DNA from: Desulfobacterales bacterium
GTDB lineage: Bacteria > Desulfobacterota > Desulfobacteria > Desulfobacterales > SpSt-501
Assembly (NCBI GenBank): GCA_030834695.1
Contig: JAUQXK010000089.1
Location: 192,174 to 256,173 of the forward strand
Direction of reading: 5' to 3'
Length of the DNA: 64,000 nt
Below the pieces are notes generated by a model. It was given only the letters and a program-made list of their open reading frames with translations. It was not told the origin of the DNA and made no database searches. Below, piece after piece: positions 25,485 to 35,575 of this stretch. The position numbers and the translations under genes were made by a program. Position 1 is the first letter of the stretch, and each line of letters starts with the position of its first letter.

Positions 25485-27221
25485 ATGAAGACTCGGCCTA
25501 AGCCCGAGGCGCGCGGAGGCCCAGGGAACCCCCTGGCAGGAAAGTCCTACCGGGACTACCGGCGGGTTTTCGACGACATTTTCTCCTCCTCGGCCGAAGG
25601 GCGCATGACCCTCGAAGTTCTGAAGGAGATCACCGCGATCCTGCTGCGGTTTTTCAAATGCCATGCAGCTGAGATCGTATATGAAGAGAAGCGCAAGCGT
25701 TGGCACGCCAAGAGCGTCGCCGGCCCGCCGCGGGCCACGTCCGGCTGGAAAGAGAAGGCCGGCCGAGGTTCGAATTTTTTCGATGTGGTCGAGACCGCCG
25801 CACCGGGAACCCTTGCCCGCCTGAAATCCCGCATCCGGTCCGAAAAACGCCTCGGTCGCACTCCGAAACCGCTGTTCATGTTTCCGGCCGCTCGCGAACC
25901 TCACGGGACCGGCGCCGGGGATGACTTCATCCGGCAGGCCTTTCTCATGATCCCGGCCGGGCGGGCAACGGGCGGGGTTGTGGTGTTGTCCTTTGCGCAC
26001 GGCCGAACCGTGGACGCAGAGGACGCCTCGCGCGAGTTTCTCGGCCGCTTGGCATCGGTCATCGGGCGCTCGCTCAGCCACAACCTTTCGCGCTTCGAGC
26101 TCCGGGAACGGGTCAAGGAGCTGACCTGCATGTACAATATCGCCAATCTGGCGGTCACGTCCAACCAATCCATTGACCAGTTCCTGCAGCAGGCCGCTGA
26201 GCTGCTGCCGCCGGCCTATTTATACCCCGAGGTCGCTTCGGCGCGAATCGTGCTCGACGGGAAAGCCCATGAGACCGAGGGGTTCGCCGAGTCCCGCCGA
26301 TCGCAGCGCGCCGACGTCCTGGTCGGCGGCTTCAAGCGTGGAGCGGTTGAAGTGGTCTATCGCGAACCGCGGCCCGAGCTGGACGCGGGGCCGTTTCTGG
26401 CCGAAGAGCGCCGCCTGCTGGATTCGGTGGCGCGGGAGATCGCCATCATCATCGAGCGGCGGCAGGCCGAGGTCGAGCAGGCCCGGCTGCAGGATCAGCT
26501 GCGGCACGCCGATCGACTGGCCACGATCGGCAAGCTCGCCGCCGGTGTCGCCCATGAGTTGAACGAACCGCTCACGGGAATTCTTGGATTCGCCGAGTTG
26601 CTCAAGGAACTGGCCGGCATGCCGGAGCCGGCTCTCAGCGATCTGGCGCGCATCGAATCCGCAGCGCTGCACGCGCGCGAGGTCGTGCGAAAGCTGCTGC
26701 TATTCGCGCGCCAGATCTCCCCGAAACAGAGCCGGGTCGCCGTCAATCGCCTGGTCCAGGAAGTGGTCGCTTTTTTCCAGGCCCGCCTGAGTCAGCAGGG
26801 AATAGAGGTCCACACACGCCTGGAGGGGGCGCTGCCCCAGATCCTGGCCGATGAGTCGCAGATCCGGCAGATCGTCATGAACCTGACCATTAACGCCATT
26901 CACGCCATGGACAGCGGCGGAGTCCTGGCCATCGCCACCCGCTCCTGCGGGGGCGAAATCGTGCTGTCCGTCCGGGATTCGGGGAAGGGCATCCCGGAGG
27001 AGATCAAGGACAAGATCTTTCTGCCTTTTTTCACCACCAAGGACGTGGACATGGGGACCGGCTTGGGGTTGGCGGTGGTTCATGGTATCGTCAAGTCGCA
27101 CCATGGCCGGATCAAGGTCTTCAGCTCCGCCGGCCGCGGTGCGGAGTTCAAAGTTTATCTTCCACTGATGCAGAACGGCCCCGCCCCCGTCAGCGGGCCG
27201 GACCCCGGGCGGTCAGCGTGA
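25485..27221 (+). CDS. sensor histidine kinase (GAF-like N-terminal regions, HisKA, HATPase_c), cytoplasmic
   Basis: H-box LAAGVAHELNEPL, N-box MNLTINAIHAM, G-boxes DSGKGI and GTGLGLAV. No clear TM segments. 4-nt overlap with the downstream regulator. Confidence 0.85.
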   Translation: MKTRPKPEARGGPGNPLAGKSYRDYRRVFDDIFSSSAEGRMTLEVLKEITAILLRFFKCHAAEIVYEEKRKRWHAKSVAGPPRATSGWKEKAGRGSNFFDVVETAAPGTLARLKSRIRSEKRLGRTPKPLFMFPAAREPHGTGAGDDFIRQAFLMIPAGRATGGVVVLSFAHGRTVDAEDASREFLGRLASVIGRSLSHNLSRFELRERVKELTCMYNIANLAVTSNQSIDQFLQQAAELLPPAYLYPEVASARIVLDGKAHETEGFAESRRSQRADVLVGGFKRGAVEVVYREPRPELDAGPFLAEERRLLDSVAREIAIIIERRQAEVEQARLQDQLRHADRLATIGKLAAGVAHELNEPLTGILGFAELLKELAGMPEPALSDLARIESAALHAREVVRKLLLFARQISPKQSRVAVNRLVQEVVAFFQARLSQQGIEVHTRLEGALPQILADESQIRQIVMNLTINAIHAMDSGGVLAIATRSCGGEIVLSVRDSGKGIPEEIKDKIFLPFFTTKDVDMGTGLGLAVVHGIVKSHHGRIKVFSSAGRGAEFKVYLPLMQNGPAPVSGPDPGRSA

Positions 27222-28603
27222 AAACCAATCCTTCCATTCGCACGGCAAAGATCCTGGTCGTCGACGACTCGCCGGATGCGCTCGAGCTGGTGAAGCGGCA
27301 CCTCGCGCCAGCCGGACACGCCATCGTGACGGCGCCGGGCGCCGAAGAAGCCTCGCGTCTGATGGAGGACACGGCCTTCGATCTGGTGATCACCGACATG
27401 AAAATGCCGCGGGTCAGCGGCCTAGACCTGATCCGCCACATCCGCACCCACTACAAGGCGGTCAGCATCCTCATGGTGACCGGATACCCTTCCATCGGCG
27501 GAGCGGTGGAGGCCGTGCGGCTGGGCGCCGAGGATTATCTGGCCAAGCCTTTCACCAAGAAGGAGCTGCTCGACGCCGTCGAAGCAACCTTGGCGAAGCA
27601 GCGCCGAAGAATCCTGGGCCCGCCGACGGCGCCCGCACCGGCCGGCCTCATCGGCGAATCCGAGCCCATGCAGGCCGTTTTTAATGCGATCGAAAAAGCG
27701 GCGGCGGTCAAGGCCAACGTGCTCATCACCGGCGAAAGCGGCACCGGCAAGGAACTCGTGGCGCGGGCCATCCACTACCAGAGCGCCCGCGCTGCCCACC
27801 CCTTCGTACCGGTCAACTGCGGGGGCATCCCTGAAAGCCTGCTCGAAAGCGAGCTCTTCGGCCGCGTGAAGGGGGCCTTCACCGGCGCCACCGAAACCCG
27901 TGCCGGTTTCTTCCAGACCGGCAACAAGGGCACGATCTTCCTGGACGAAGTGGGCGAGACCAGCCTGGCCATGCAGGTCAAGCTGCTGCGGGTCCTCCAG
28001 GAAAAAGAGATCTGCATGGTCGGCTCCGCCCGTTCCCAGAAGGTGGACGTGCGTATCATCGCCGGCACCAATAAAAACCTGCAGGGACTCATCGCCGGCG
28101 GCCGCTTCCGCGCAGATCTGTTTTACCGCCTGAACGTGATTAACATCGACCTGCCGCCGCTGCGCGCTCGCGGCGGCGATGTGCTCCTGCTGGTGCGCTA
28201 CTTCAGCGCCAAGTACGCCGACGAGATGGACCGGCCGGCGCCGCAGTTCACCGACCCGGCCCTTGAGAATCTGGGGCGTTACTCCTGGCCGGGCAACGTG
28301 CGCGAGTTGGAGAACCTCGTTCAGCGCCTGATGGCCATGACGGACGGCGACGTCATCGACGCGCCGGACCTTCCCGCCGGCATGCGCACGGAGTGCTTTC
28401 CGCAACAAATCGGTCTGAACCGAACCCTGGATCAAGTCGAGGCCGAGCACATCCGGCAGGTGTTAGACCGGTCGGGCGGGAACAAAAGTCAGGCGGCTAA
28501 AGTGCTCGGCATCGACCGCAAGACCCTGCGCGAGAAGCTCAAGCGCTCAGGTAGGCTGTTCAGAAAGGCCCCGGTGCAAGATTTGCGAAATCCCGAGGAA
28601 TGA
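27218..28603 (+). CDS. sigma54-dependent response regulator (NtrC family: REC + AAA+ + Fis-type HTH)
   Basis: REC with phospho-Asp context LVITDMKMP. GESGTGKE Walker A, GAFTGA loop, C-terminal NKSQAAKVLGIDRKTL HTH. Confidence 0.92.
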   Translation: MKTNPSIRTAKILVVDDSPDALELVKRHLAPAGHAIVTAPGAEEASRLMEDTAFDLVITDMKMPRVSGLDLIRHIRTHYKAVSILMVTGYPSIGGAVEAVRLGAEDYLAKPFTKKELLDAVEATLAKQRRRILGPPTAPAPAGLIGESEPMQAVFNAIEKAAAVKANVLITGESGTGKELVARAIHYQSARAAHPFVPVNCGGIPESLLESELFGRVKGAFTGATETRAGFFQTGNKGTIFLDEVGETSLAMQVKLLRVLQEKEICMVGSARSQKVDVRIIAGTNKNLQGLIAGGRFRADLFYRLNVINIDLPPLRARGGDVLLLVRYFSAKYADEMDRPAPQFTDPALENLGRYSWPGNVRELENLVQRLMAMTDGDVIDAPDLPAGMRTECFPQQIGLNRTLDQVEAEHIRQVLDRSGGNKSQAAKVLGIDRKTLREKLKRSGRLFRKAPVQDLRNPEE

Positions 28604-28664
28604 GGCGTACCTACCGTATGCCGCAATGACGAGGGGTGCGCATAGCGCCGCAGATGGGCCTTTA

Positions 28665-29675
28665 TCAACAGCCTAAAGTGGCGATCGCAGCCGCCCCCAG
28701 TAACGCCGTGCGGTCGTTTTGAATGATGTGCAGCGGGGTCATCTCCACGAGCGGCGAGAGGCGGCCCTTGTGGAGATAGGCCTCGACCGTTCCGCCTTCC
28801 TGCAGCTTCGCCGCCACTTTCGGAGGAATCCCGCCGCCTAAAAAAACGCCGCCCGTGCTCAGGTAGGTGAGCACCACATCCCCCGCCTGGGAACCGAGCA
28901 GCCGCGAAAAAATGTCGAGGGTTTTGACACAGATCGCATAGGCGCCGCGCAACCCGTGGGCGGTAACGACGGCGGCCGGAACAGGCGCGGCGGCGATTTC
29001 CTCGTGCAGCGCCCGAGGCTCTTCGCAGTAAGACCGATCCCGCAGGAAGGAATAAATATTCATGATTCCCGGGCCGCTCAGCACCCGCTCGATGCTGACG
29101 CGCTTGCGCAGCTTGTCTCTGAGGTAGTTGAGCAGCTCGAACTCGAGATCGTCCTTCGGTGCGAATTCCACGTGGCCGCCTTCGGAGGGAAACGGATGAT
29201 GGCGGCCGTCGATGCCCAGAACCGAATACGCCTGCCCCAGTCCGGTTCCCGGCGCCAGAATCGCAAAGACCCGGCGTTCCCGCTCCTCCCGGCCCGGATG
29301 CAGCGTGATCAGATCTTCCGGCCCCAGCAGCGGCAGGGCCGCGGCCGTGGCAGCATGGTCGTTTACCAGCCGCACCCTCGGGATGTCCAGCTTTTTCCCA
29401 AACGCGTTTTCGTCGATAACCCACGGCAGGTTGGTGGCGCGGACCGAGCCTGCCACCACCGGTCCCGGAACGCCGATGCACGCAGCCTCCAACCGGTCGG
29501 CGATGGGATGGCGTTCGAGAAACCCCCGGACGATTTCCTCGAGGGACGGGGCGCTGGCGCTCGGCAGCACGTCCACGCAAACCGGCTCGAGCGAGCGGCG
29601 ATCCGTCTTGCCTCTCGTGTCGTGAAGAGCCAGGCGGGTTCGGGTCCCGCCGGCATCGGCTGTCAGAATGGTCAT
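28665..29675 (-). CDS. glk: glucokinase
   Basis: ADAGGTRTRLAL ATP-binding start, APGTGLGQA, GGVFLGGGI. Length and order fit the Glk family (PF02685). Confidence 0.88.
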   Translation of the reverse strand: MTILTADAGGTRTRLALHDTRGKTDRRSLEPVCVDVLPSASAPSLEEIVRGFLERHPIADRLEAACIGVPGPVVAGSVRATNLPWVIDENAFGKKLDIPRVRLVNDHAATAAALPLLGPEDLITLHPGREERERRVFAILAPGTGLGQAYSVLGIDGRHHPFPSEGGHVEFAPKDDLEFELLNYLRDKLRKRVSIERVLSGPGIMNIYSFLRDRSYCEEPRALHEEIAAAPVPAAVVTAHGLRGAYAICVKTLDIFSRLLGSQAGDVVLTYLSTGGVFLGGGIPPKVAAKLQEGGTVEAYLHKGRLSPLVEMTPLHIIQNDRTALLGAAAIATLGC

Positions 29676-29960
29676 GAACGGTGGCTCCCGGTTTTAGAAT
29701 CTGTGTAACATTACGGACCGCCGGGATTCAAGCTTGCTTTTGCAACTCGGGCAATTGAACCGATGTTACGACCGAAAAAATAATAACAATATTGGCATGT
29801 AGATTTTATATTTTCACATATTTGATTTTTGATGTGAACACCATCGAGTAGCGTCCATATGAATATCTATTTAGAATCGTTATAAAACAGCAAATTTTTA
29901 ATGACATGGCACGATTCGTGAAATTTTGTATCCGATGGACCATTCATTACCCATGAGGGA

Positions 29961-30311
29961 ATGCTGGCGAACCGGCACCTCGGCGAGGCAGCTTCCTTTC
30001 AGGTGTGGGGGCGGTCCCCGGCGGGTTACGTCCTGATCGAGACCCGCCAGGCCCCGCAGCCCGGCGGCGGCCGCCGCTGGCTCGCTCTGGCAGAGATCCT
30101 CAAGGACTGCCGGGCGGTGCTGGTATCCGGCGTCGGGGAGGCACCCCGGGCCATCCTGGAGGAATCCGGAGTGCCGCCGGTGGTCATGGAGGGGCTGATC
30201 CGCCAGGGCCTGGCGGCGGTTTATGAAGGCCTCGACCCCGCGGCTTTCGGCAAGCGCCGGCAGCGAGCCTGCCGCCGCAGCTGCAGAGGCGGCGGAGAGG
30301 GATGCGGGTAA
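29961..30311 (+). CDS. NifX/NifB-type (dinitrogenase FeMo-cofactor-binding fold) domain protein, possibly N-terminally truncated
   Basis: HLGEAASFQVW matches HFGxAxxFxI. LVSGVGEAPRAILEESGV matches the family core. The first beta-strand seems missing because an in-frame TGA lies at 29919-29921. Cys-rich tail. Confidence 0.55.
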   Translation: MLANRHLGEAASFQVWGRSPAGYVLIETRQAPQPGGGRRWLALAEILKDCRAVLVSGVGEAPRAILEESGVPPVVMEGLIRQGLAAVYEGLDPAAFGKRRQRACRRSCRGGGEGCG

Positions 30312-30339
30312 CAGCAAAGGGCATAGGAGGGCATGGAGT

Positions 30340-30834
30340 ATGAAGGGCATGGAATACGTCGCTACAGAAAAAGGAAAAATTGCGATCCGGCCGGCCACAA
30401 TATCCGACCTGGACGCTCTAGTGAGGCTTCTCGGCGAGCTCTTTTCCATTGAAGCGGATTTCGAGGTTGACGCCGCTCGCCAGCGCCGGGGGCTTTCCAT
30501 GCTGCTTGATAGCTGCGGGAAGCACCGCTGCATGCTCGTGGCCGAAACGCAGGGGCGGGTGGTCGGCATGGCATCGGCCCAGACCTTGATATCGACCTCC
30601 GAGGGAGGCCTGGCGGCGGTCGTGGAGGATGTCGTGGTGGCCGACGGCCGGCGCGGGGAGGGGATCGGCGGGATGCTGGTTCGCGCCGTCGAACATTGGG
30701 CCGCGGACTGCGGCGTCTTGCGGCTTCAACTGCTGGCCGACCGGACCAACACCCCCGCCCTGCAATTCTACGAAAGCCAGGACTGGAAAAGCACCCGGCT
30801 GATCTGCCTGCGTAAAACGGTCAACCCGCAATGA
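30340..30834 (+). CDS. GNAT family N-acetyltransferase
   Basis: Start at ATG 30340 (AGGAGG SD). VVADGRRGEGIGGML acetyl-CoA motif A (R/Q-x-x-G-x-G/A), ALQFYESQDW. Confidence 0.85.
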   Translation: MKGMEYVATEKGKIAIRPATISDLDALVRLLGELFSIEADFEVDAARQRRGLSMLLDSCGKHRCMLVAETQGRVVGMASAQTLISTSEGGLAAVVEDVVVADGRRGEGIGGMLVRAVEHWAADCGVLRLQLLADRTNTPALQFYESQDWKSTRLICLRKTVNPQ

Positions 30835-30835
30835 T

Positions 30836-32023
30836 TCATAGATCCTGGAATGCATTGCGGTAAATCGACCGGACATCCTCCTCGGTGAGGTCTCGAGGAT
30901 TCGGCAGGAATAAACGCGCCTGAGCCATCCCGCCTTGCACCAGTTTTGGCAGGTCATCCTTGGCGATCCCGTAATCCGAAAGCCACGGTGATGCATTGAC
31001 GGCTTCCATCAGATCAAAAACCGCTTCGACCGCCAAGTCGGCGGCTTCGCTCACGGAAAGACCGTCAACGGGTTGCCCCATGGCCTCGGCGATGTCGGCG
31101 AACTTCTGCAGGTTGCCGACCTTGTTGAAGTCCATAACATGCGGCAGCATGATCGCGTTCGAACGGCCGTGGGACATATGGTATTCGGTGCCGAGCACGT
31201 ATGCCAGGCCATGAACGGCGCCGAGGCCGCCGCTCGCAAAAGCCAGGCCGGAAAGATTTGCAGCGAGCAGCATATTGTAGCGGGCGGTCACGTTACTGCC
31301 CTTGGCATAAGCCATGGGCAGATGGGCGGCGATCATACGGATGGATTGAAGTGCGAGGATCTCGGCATAAGGGGTTGTATTGACCGAAACATAGGTCTCG
31401 ATGGCGTGAACCAATGCATCCATGCCCGTGTCGGCGGTTACTTTCGGAGGTACGGACAGCGTCAGCAGCGGGTCCAGGATGGCCAAGTCCGGCAGCAGGT
31501 AGTCGCTGTAGACCACCTTCTTGGTGTTGACGGCCTCGTCGGTCATGACTAAAACCCGGGTGGTTTCACTCCCGGTGCCGGCGGTGGTAGGGATCAGAAT
31601 GGAGGGAAGGCCGCGCTTGGACACCATATCGACGCCGGCATACTCCAGCACCGAGCCTGGATTCGTGGATAGAACGCCGGCCGCCTTGGCGGTGTCGAGG
31701 GAACTGCCTCCGCCGACGCCCAGGATCAGATCAAAGCCGCCCTTGCGCACCTGTGTGGCGCACTCGTCGATAATCCGGGCCGGGGGCTCGGGTTGGACGC
31801 GACTAAAGACGTCATAGGCCAATCCAGCGTTTTTTAGGGGGGCCAGGACCTTATCGATCAGCCCCGCCTGCAGCACGCCGGGATCGGTAATCACCAGCAC
31901 TTTGGTGGCCCCTAGTTTTTTGGCTTCCCCGCCGACACTGTTGATGGCGTCCTGGCCGATAAGCGTTTTTTTGCAAGACACAAAAGTTCCCATCTTGCTG
32001 ACATCGGTAAAGGTGTTTTTCAT
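30836..32023 (-). CDS. iron-containing (group III) alcohol dehydrogenase
   Basis: Start at ATG 32023 (CAGGAG SD). GVGGGSSLDTAK, PTTAGTGSE, metal His motifs DALVHAIE and HGLAYVLG...HG. Confidence 0.9.
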   Translation of the reverse strand: MKNTFTDVSKMGTFVSCKKTLIGQDAINSVGGEAKKLGATKVLVITDPGVLQAGLIDKVLAPLKNAGLAYDVFSRVQPEPPARIIDECATQVRKGGFDLILGVGGGSSLDTAKAAGVLSTNPGSVLEYAGVDMVSKRGLPSILIPTTAGTGSETTRVLVMTDEAVNTKKVVYSDYLLPDLAILDPLLTLSVPPKVTADTGMDALVHAIETYVSVNTTPYAEILALQSIRMIAAHLPMAYAKGSNVTARYNMLLAANLSGLAFASGGLGAVHGLAYVLGTEYHMSHGRSNAIMLPHVMDFNKVGNLQKFADIAEAMGQPVDGLSVSEAADLAVEAVFDLMEAVNASPWLSDYGIAKDDLPKLVQGGMAQARLFLPNPRDLTEEDVRSIYRNAFQDL

Positions 32024-32140
32024 ATCAGACTCCTGATTGGCTTGGAATTCTTGTCGATCCGGCCCGGAACCGCGCTGCGCCGGAAGCCGGCTTCCGCGGC
32101 GCCGCTTGCCGGGGCAAACCATTGTTCATGAATCAAGATG

Positions 32141-33133
32141 CTAATGCCGGGCGCTGATCCGGTTGAGCCGTTTCGCGACCGCCATGCTCATACTGCCCAT
32201 GATGCCCCTCGGCATAAAGATGATCATCAGCAGCAGGGAGACACCGAAGATAATCTGCGAGAGACCCAAAAAAGAGGTTCCCAGGCTGATCCGGACGTAT
32301 TCTTCGAGCGACACGATAATGGCACTGCCAACGAACGGCCCCAGCACTGCAAACATGCCGCCCAAGATGGCCTTGAAGCAGACGGACAGGGATACGCCGA
32401 CGCCGGCAATGGTATCCGGGCTCACATAGGTTACATATTGGGCATAAAGAGAACCACCCAACGCCGTGAGGGCGGCACTCAAGAGAGTGATCATCATTTT
32501 GTAGCGGATGACACTGACACCCAGCGATGCCGCTGCAATCTCAGACTCCTCGATCGCCGTCAGCGCCAACCGAACCGGGCTTTTATCGATCCGCCGCCAA
32601 ATGTACATCGCGCCGATCAGCAGGATCAGTGCCATGAAATAGAAGACGCGCTTGTCTGCAAATTGCATGTCGGCCAGCCTGCCCGTGGACCGCAGCGTGT
32701 ATCCAAGGGACCCGCCGGTAATTTCGCGCAAGGCCATGATGACCAAAGCCGAAACCTCCGCCACGGCGAGCGTCACCAGTGCAAAATAGTCTCCGAGCAA
32801 GCCGAAACGAAAACAGGTGTAGCCCAAGATGGCGGCTATTACTATGGCCACCACCAGCCCGACGAATATGCCGATCCAGGGCGTCACGCCCCAGTAGTTG
32901 AACATCAGGGTCGGGAAATAGGCGCCGATACCCAGGAAAACACCATGGCCCAGAGAGACCATTCCGAATCTGGCCATGTACGCCCAGGCCGTGGCAACAA
33001 ACGACCACAGCAGGATCAGCGTAACGATATGGGTCAGATAGGATGACGAAATCAAGAACGGCAACATGATCAGAAGGATCAGCAACAACATGAGCCCGGA
33101 TCGCGAAAACTTGCTTATCAGCTGCATCGTCAA
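32141..33133 (-). CDS. livM: branched-chain amino acid ABC transporter permease (LivM type)
   Basis: Polytopic. GMVSLGHGVFLGIGAY motif. ATGA overlap with the upstream permease. Confidence 0.85.
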   Translation of the reverse strand: MTMQLISKFSRSGLMLLLILLIMLPFLISSSYLTHIVTLILLWSFVATAWAYMARFGMVSLGHGVFLGIGAYFPTLMFNYWGVTPWIGIFVGLVVAIVIAAILGYTCFRFGLLGDYFALVTLAVAEVSALVIMALREITGGSLGYTLRSTGRLADMQFADKRVFYFMALILLIGAMYIWRRIDKSPVRLALTAIEESEIAAASLGVSVIRYKMMITLLSAALTALGGSLYAQYVTYVSPDTIAGVGVSLSVCFKAILGGMFAVLGPFVGSAIIVSLEEYVRISLGTSFLGLSQIIFGVSLLLMIIFMPRGIMGSMSMAVAKRLNRISARH

Positions 33134-34005
33134 CTCTCAGTTCCGAAGAGTCCCTGCGGACGGATCATCATCATCCCGATGAACAGGACCAGCGCTAAAA
33201 TGTCGGCAATTTCCTTGGAAGACAATACCGCCGTCACCGAGGTGGCAATTCCGATGATGAAGGCGCTGGCGAACCCCCCCAGAAGATTGCCCATCCCGCC
33301 GAAAACCACGATGACAAAGGCCATCAGGGTGAAACTGGCGCCGAAATGCGGGTGCACCGTGTAAATCGGTATGAAAAAGGCCGCGACGAGACCGGTCAGC
33401 GCACCACCGGTTGCCTGTGTCAAATAGTAGATGACGTTTGGGTTGATGCCCACACCTTTAGCCATTTCCAGGTCCTGAGCCACCGCGCGGATACCCAGCC
33501 CGAGATAGGTGCGGTTGAGAAAAAGGTAGAGAAGCCCGAGTGTTAAGATCGCCCCGATGAACGCTATGAGAAAGGAGCTGCGGATAAATATTTCGCCGAA
33601 CTGGATAATCGGCATGGTCAACGGGATCCCGCGGTAGTCGGCGCCCCATATGACCTGGGCCAGGTTTTCCACCACGATGATGAGGCTGGCCAACGCCAGC
33701 AGTTGATTGAGGCGCGGGGCTTTCAGGAGCGGATTGATAATGACGAGTTGGACGAGAATCCCGATCAGTCCCATGGCCACGATGCCCATGGCCATGGATA
33801 GGAGCAACGGTATGTGCCATGCGGTATAAAAAAAGTAGATGAAATAGAATCCCAGCATCACAAACTGCCCATAGGCCATGTGGATGATCTTGACCACGCC
33901 GAAAATCAGGTTGAGGCCGAAGGCCAGGAGGGCCAGGACCCCTCCGAGGAGGATGCCGTTCAACAACGCCATGATAATTTGTTCAACCATCGGTGCCCCG
34001 CTCAA
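33130..34005 (-). CDS. livH: branched-chain amino acid ABC transporter permease (LivH type)
   Basis: LNGILLGGVLALLAFGLNLIFGV, HMAYGQFVMLG motifs. The start may be ATG 33990. Confidence 0.85.
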   Translation of the reverse strand: MSGAPMVEQIIMALLNGILLGGVLALLAFGLNLIFGVVKIIHMAYGQFVMLGFYFIYFFYTAWHIPLLLSMAMGIVAMGLIGILVQLVIINPLLKAPRLNQLLALASLIIVVENLAQVIWGADYRGIPLTMPIIQFGEIFIRSSFLIAFIGAILTLGLLYLFLNRTYLGLGIRAVAQDLEMAKGVGINPNVIYYLTQATGGALTGLVAAFFIPIYTVHPHFGASFTLMAFVIVVFGGMGNLLGGFASAFIIGIATSVTAVLSSKEIADILALVLFIGMMMIRPQGLFGTES

Positions 34006-34706
34006 ATCCCCAGATAGGCTGTCTTGATATAGGGGTTTTTGTCAAAATCCTCGCTTCGTCCCTCGAACACCAATTTGCCGGATTCAATGAGATAGGCGTA
34101 ATCCGCTACCTTAAGGGCTTTGTTGGCGTTCTGCTCGACCAACAGAACGGTATAGCCTTCCTGCTTCATCGTCAGGACGAATTCAAAGACCATGTCGACC
34201 ACCAGGGGCGCCAGCCCCAGGGAAGGCTCGTCGAGCATGATGAGCCTGGGCTGCGACATGAGGCTTCGCGCGATGGCCAGCATCTGGCGCTCGCCGCCGC
34301 TCAGGGAGCCAGCCCGCTGAGTTTTGCGATTGGATAGAACTGGGAAAAGCTCGAAAATCCGCTTCATCCATTGCTGGGCTTTGGCGCGGGCCGCCTTGTT
34401 GTAAGAGCCCACTTTGAGGTTGTCCAGCACCGACAGATGCGGAAACACGCGGCCGCCCTCCGGGACCAGCGATATCCCGTTTTCCACCACGTGGTAGGCC
34501 TCCATCCGGTCGATGCGCTGTCCCTCGAATGAGATGGTTCCGCGACGGGGCGGGAGAAGGCCGGCGATCGTGCGCAGCAGGGTGCTTTTGCCAGCCCCGT
34601 TCGGCCCGACTACAATAACGGTCTGGCCTTTTTCGATCTTTAAGGCGACGTTGTCGATCGCCTGAAATTCGCCGTAGAAAACGTCAAGATCCTGTACGTT
34701 CAGCAT
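34002..34706 (-). CDS. livF: branched-chain amino acid ABC transporter ATP-binding protein (LivF type)
   Basis: Start at ATG 34706 (MLNVQDLDVFYG). GPNGAGKST Walker A, LSGGERQML signature, MLDEPSLGL Walker B. Confidence 0.9.
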   Translation of the reverse strand: MLNVQDLDVFYGEFQAIDNVALKIEKGQTVIVVGPNGAGKSTLLRTIAGLLPPRRGTISFEGQRIDRMEAYHVVENGISLVPEGGRVFPHLSVLDNLKVGSYNKAARAKAQQWMKRIFELFPVLSNRKTQRAGSLSGGERQMLAIARSLMSQPRLIMLDEPSLGLAPLVVDMVFEFVLTMKQEGYTVLLVEQNANKALKVADYAYLIESGKLVFEGRSEDFDKNPYIKTAYLGI

Positions 34707-34725
34707 GGCTGCCTTTTCACGAAGG

Positions 34726-35454
34726 TTAGTGGCGGCCCAGGTAGGCCTCGATAACCCGTTCATCCTTCGATACGCTGGCCGGGTCGCCGTCGGCGATCAA
34801 CATCCCGTAGTTCAGGACGACCACCCTCTCGACGAGCTTCATGAGCACATGCATCACATGCTCGACCCAAATGATGGTGAGGCCCAGTTCATCACGGGCT
34901 TTCTGGAGTATTCCGGAGGCGTCCTTGAGCTCGTCCCGGTTCAACCCGCTAAGGACTTCATCGGCCAGCAGAACTTTCGGCCGCGTAGCGATGGCCCGAG
35001 CCATTTCCAATTTCCGGAGGTCACCGGCCGTCATCCGGTCCGGATACGACTCGGGATCGAGTTTGAGCCCTACGAAATCGAGCCACTGCAGCGCCTCTTC
35101 GCGAGCCCGGTCCAGGCCGCATGCGGTCCCTATCTGCTGACTGCCGAATATCGTACCCAGCATGACGTTTTCGGCGACGGTCAGCGACTTAATCGGTTGG
35201 GGGATCTGAAAGGTCCGGGCAATACCCTGCCGGCAGATGTGGTTGGGGGGCATTCCGCTGATAGCCTGCCCGTTGAAGATAACGTTTCCCTTGGAAGGCG
35301 GAAAGGCACCGGAAACAACATTGAACAGGGTGGTTTTCCCGGAACCGTTCGGTCCGATCAGCCCGACAAAACTCCCCTCGCCCACCTTGAGGGAGACACC
35401 TGTGAGGGCCAAGATACCGCCGAAAACTTTCGTGACATTTTGGATTTCAAGCAT
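34726..35454 (-). CDS. livG: branched-chain amino acid ABC transporter ATP-binding protein (LivG type)
   Basis: GPNGSGKTT Walker A, LLADEVLSGL Walker B region, VEHVMHV, C-terminal EAYLG. Confidence 0.9.
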   Translation of the reverse strand: MLEIQNVTKVFGGILALTGVSLKVGEGSFVGLIGPNGSGKTTLFNVVSGAFPPSKGNVIFNGQAISGMPPNHICRQGIARTFQIPQPIKSLTVAENVMLGTIFGSQQIGTACGLDRAREEALQWLDFVGLKLDPESYPDRMTAGDLRKLEMARAIATRPKVLLADEVLSGLNRDELKDASGILQKARDELGLTIIWVEHVMHVLMKLVERVVVLNYGMLIADGDPASVSKDERVIEAYLGRH

Positions 35455-35575
35455 GGCGCCTGCACCCCTATCCTGGCCGTTTCAAGCGGCAAGCATTCCG
35501 CTGTAGTGGCTTGGCCACAATGAATCCGCTTTGGGCCGGAAGGTGGAGGCCACCCTCCGGCACCGGGGGGCTGAA

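Noticed and set aside
24582-26168. 528-aa minus-strand ORF; also 24314-25501 plus
   Set aside because: These are antisense or off-frame to gdh and the histidine kinase. Arg/Gly/Pro-rich, no domain signatures.
29907-29922. TGGCACGATTCGTGAA upstream of the NifX-like ORF as a sigma54 promoter
   Set aside because: The -24 half is perfect, but the -12 element lacks the conserved GC (GTGAA instead of TTGCA). Kept only as a note.
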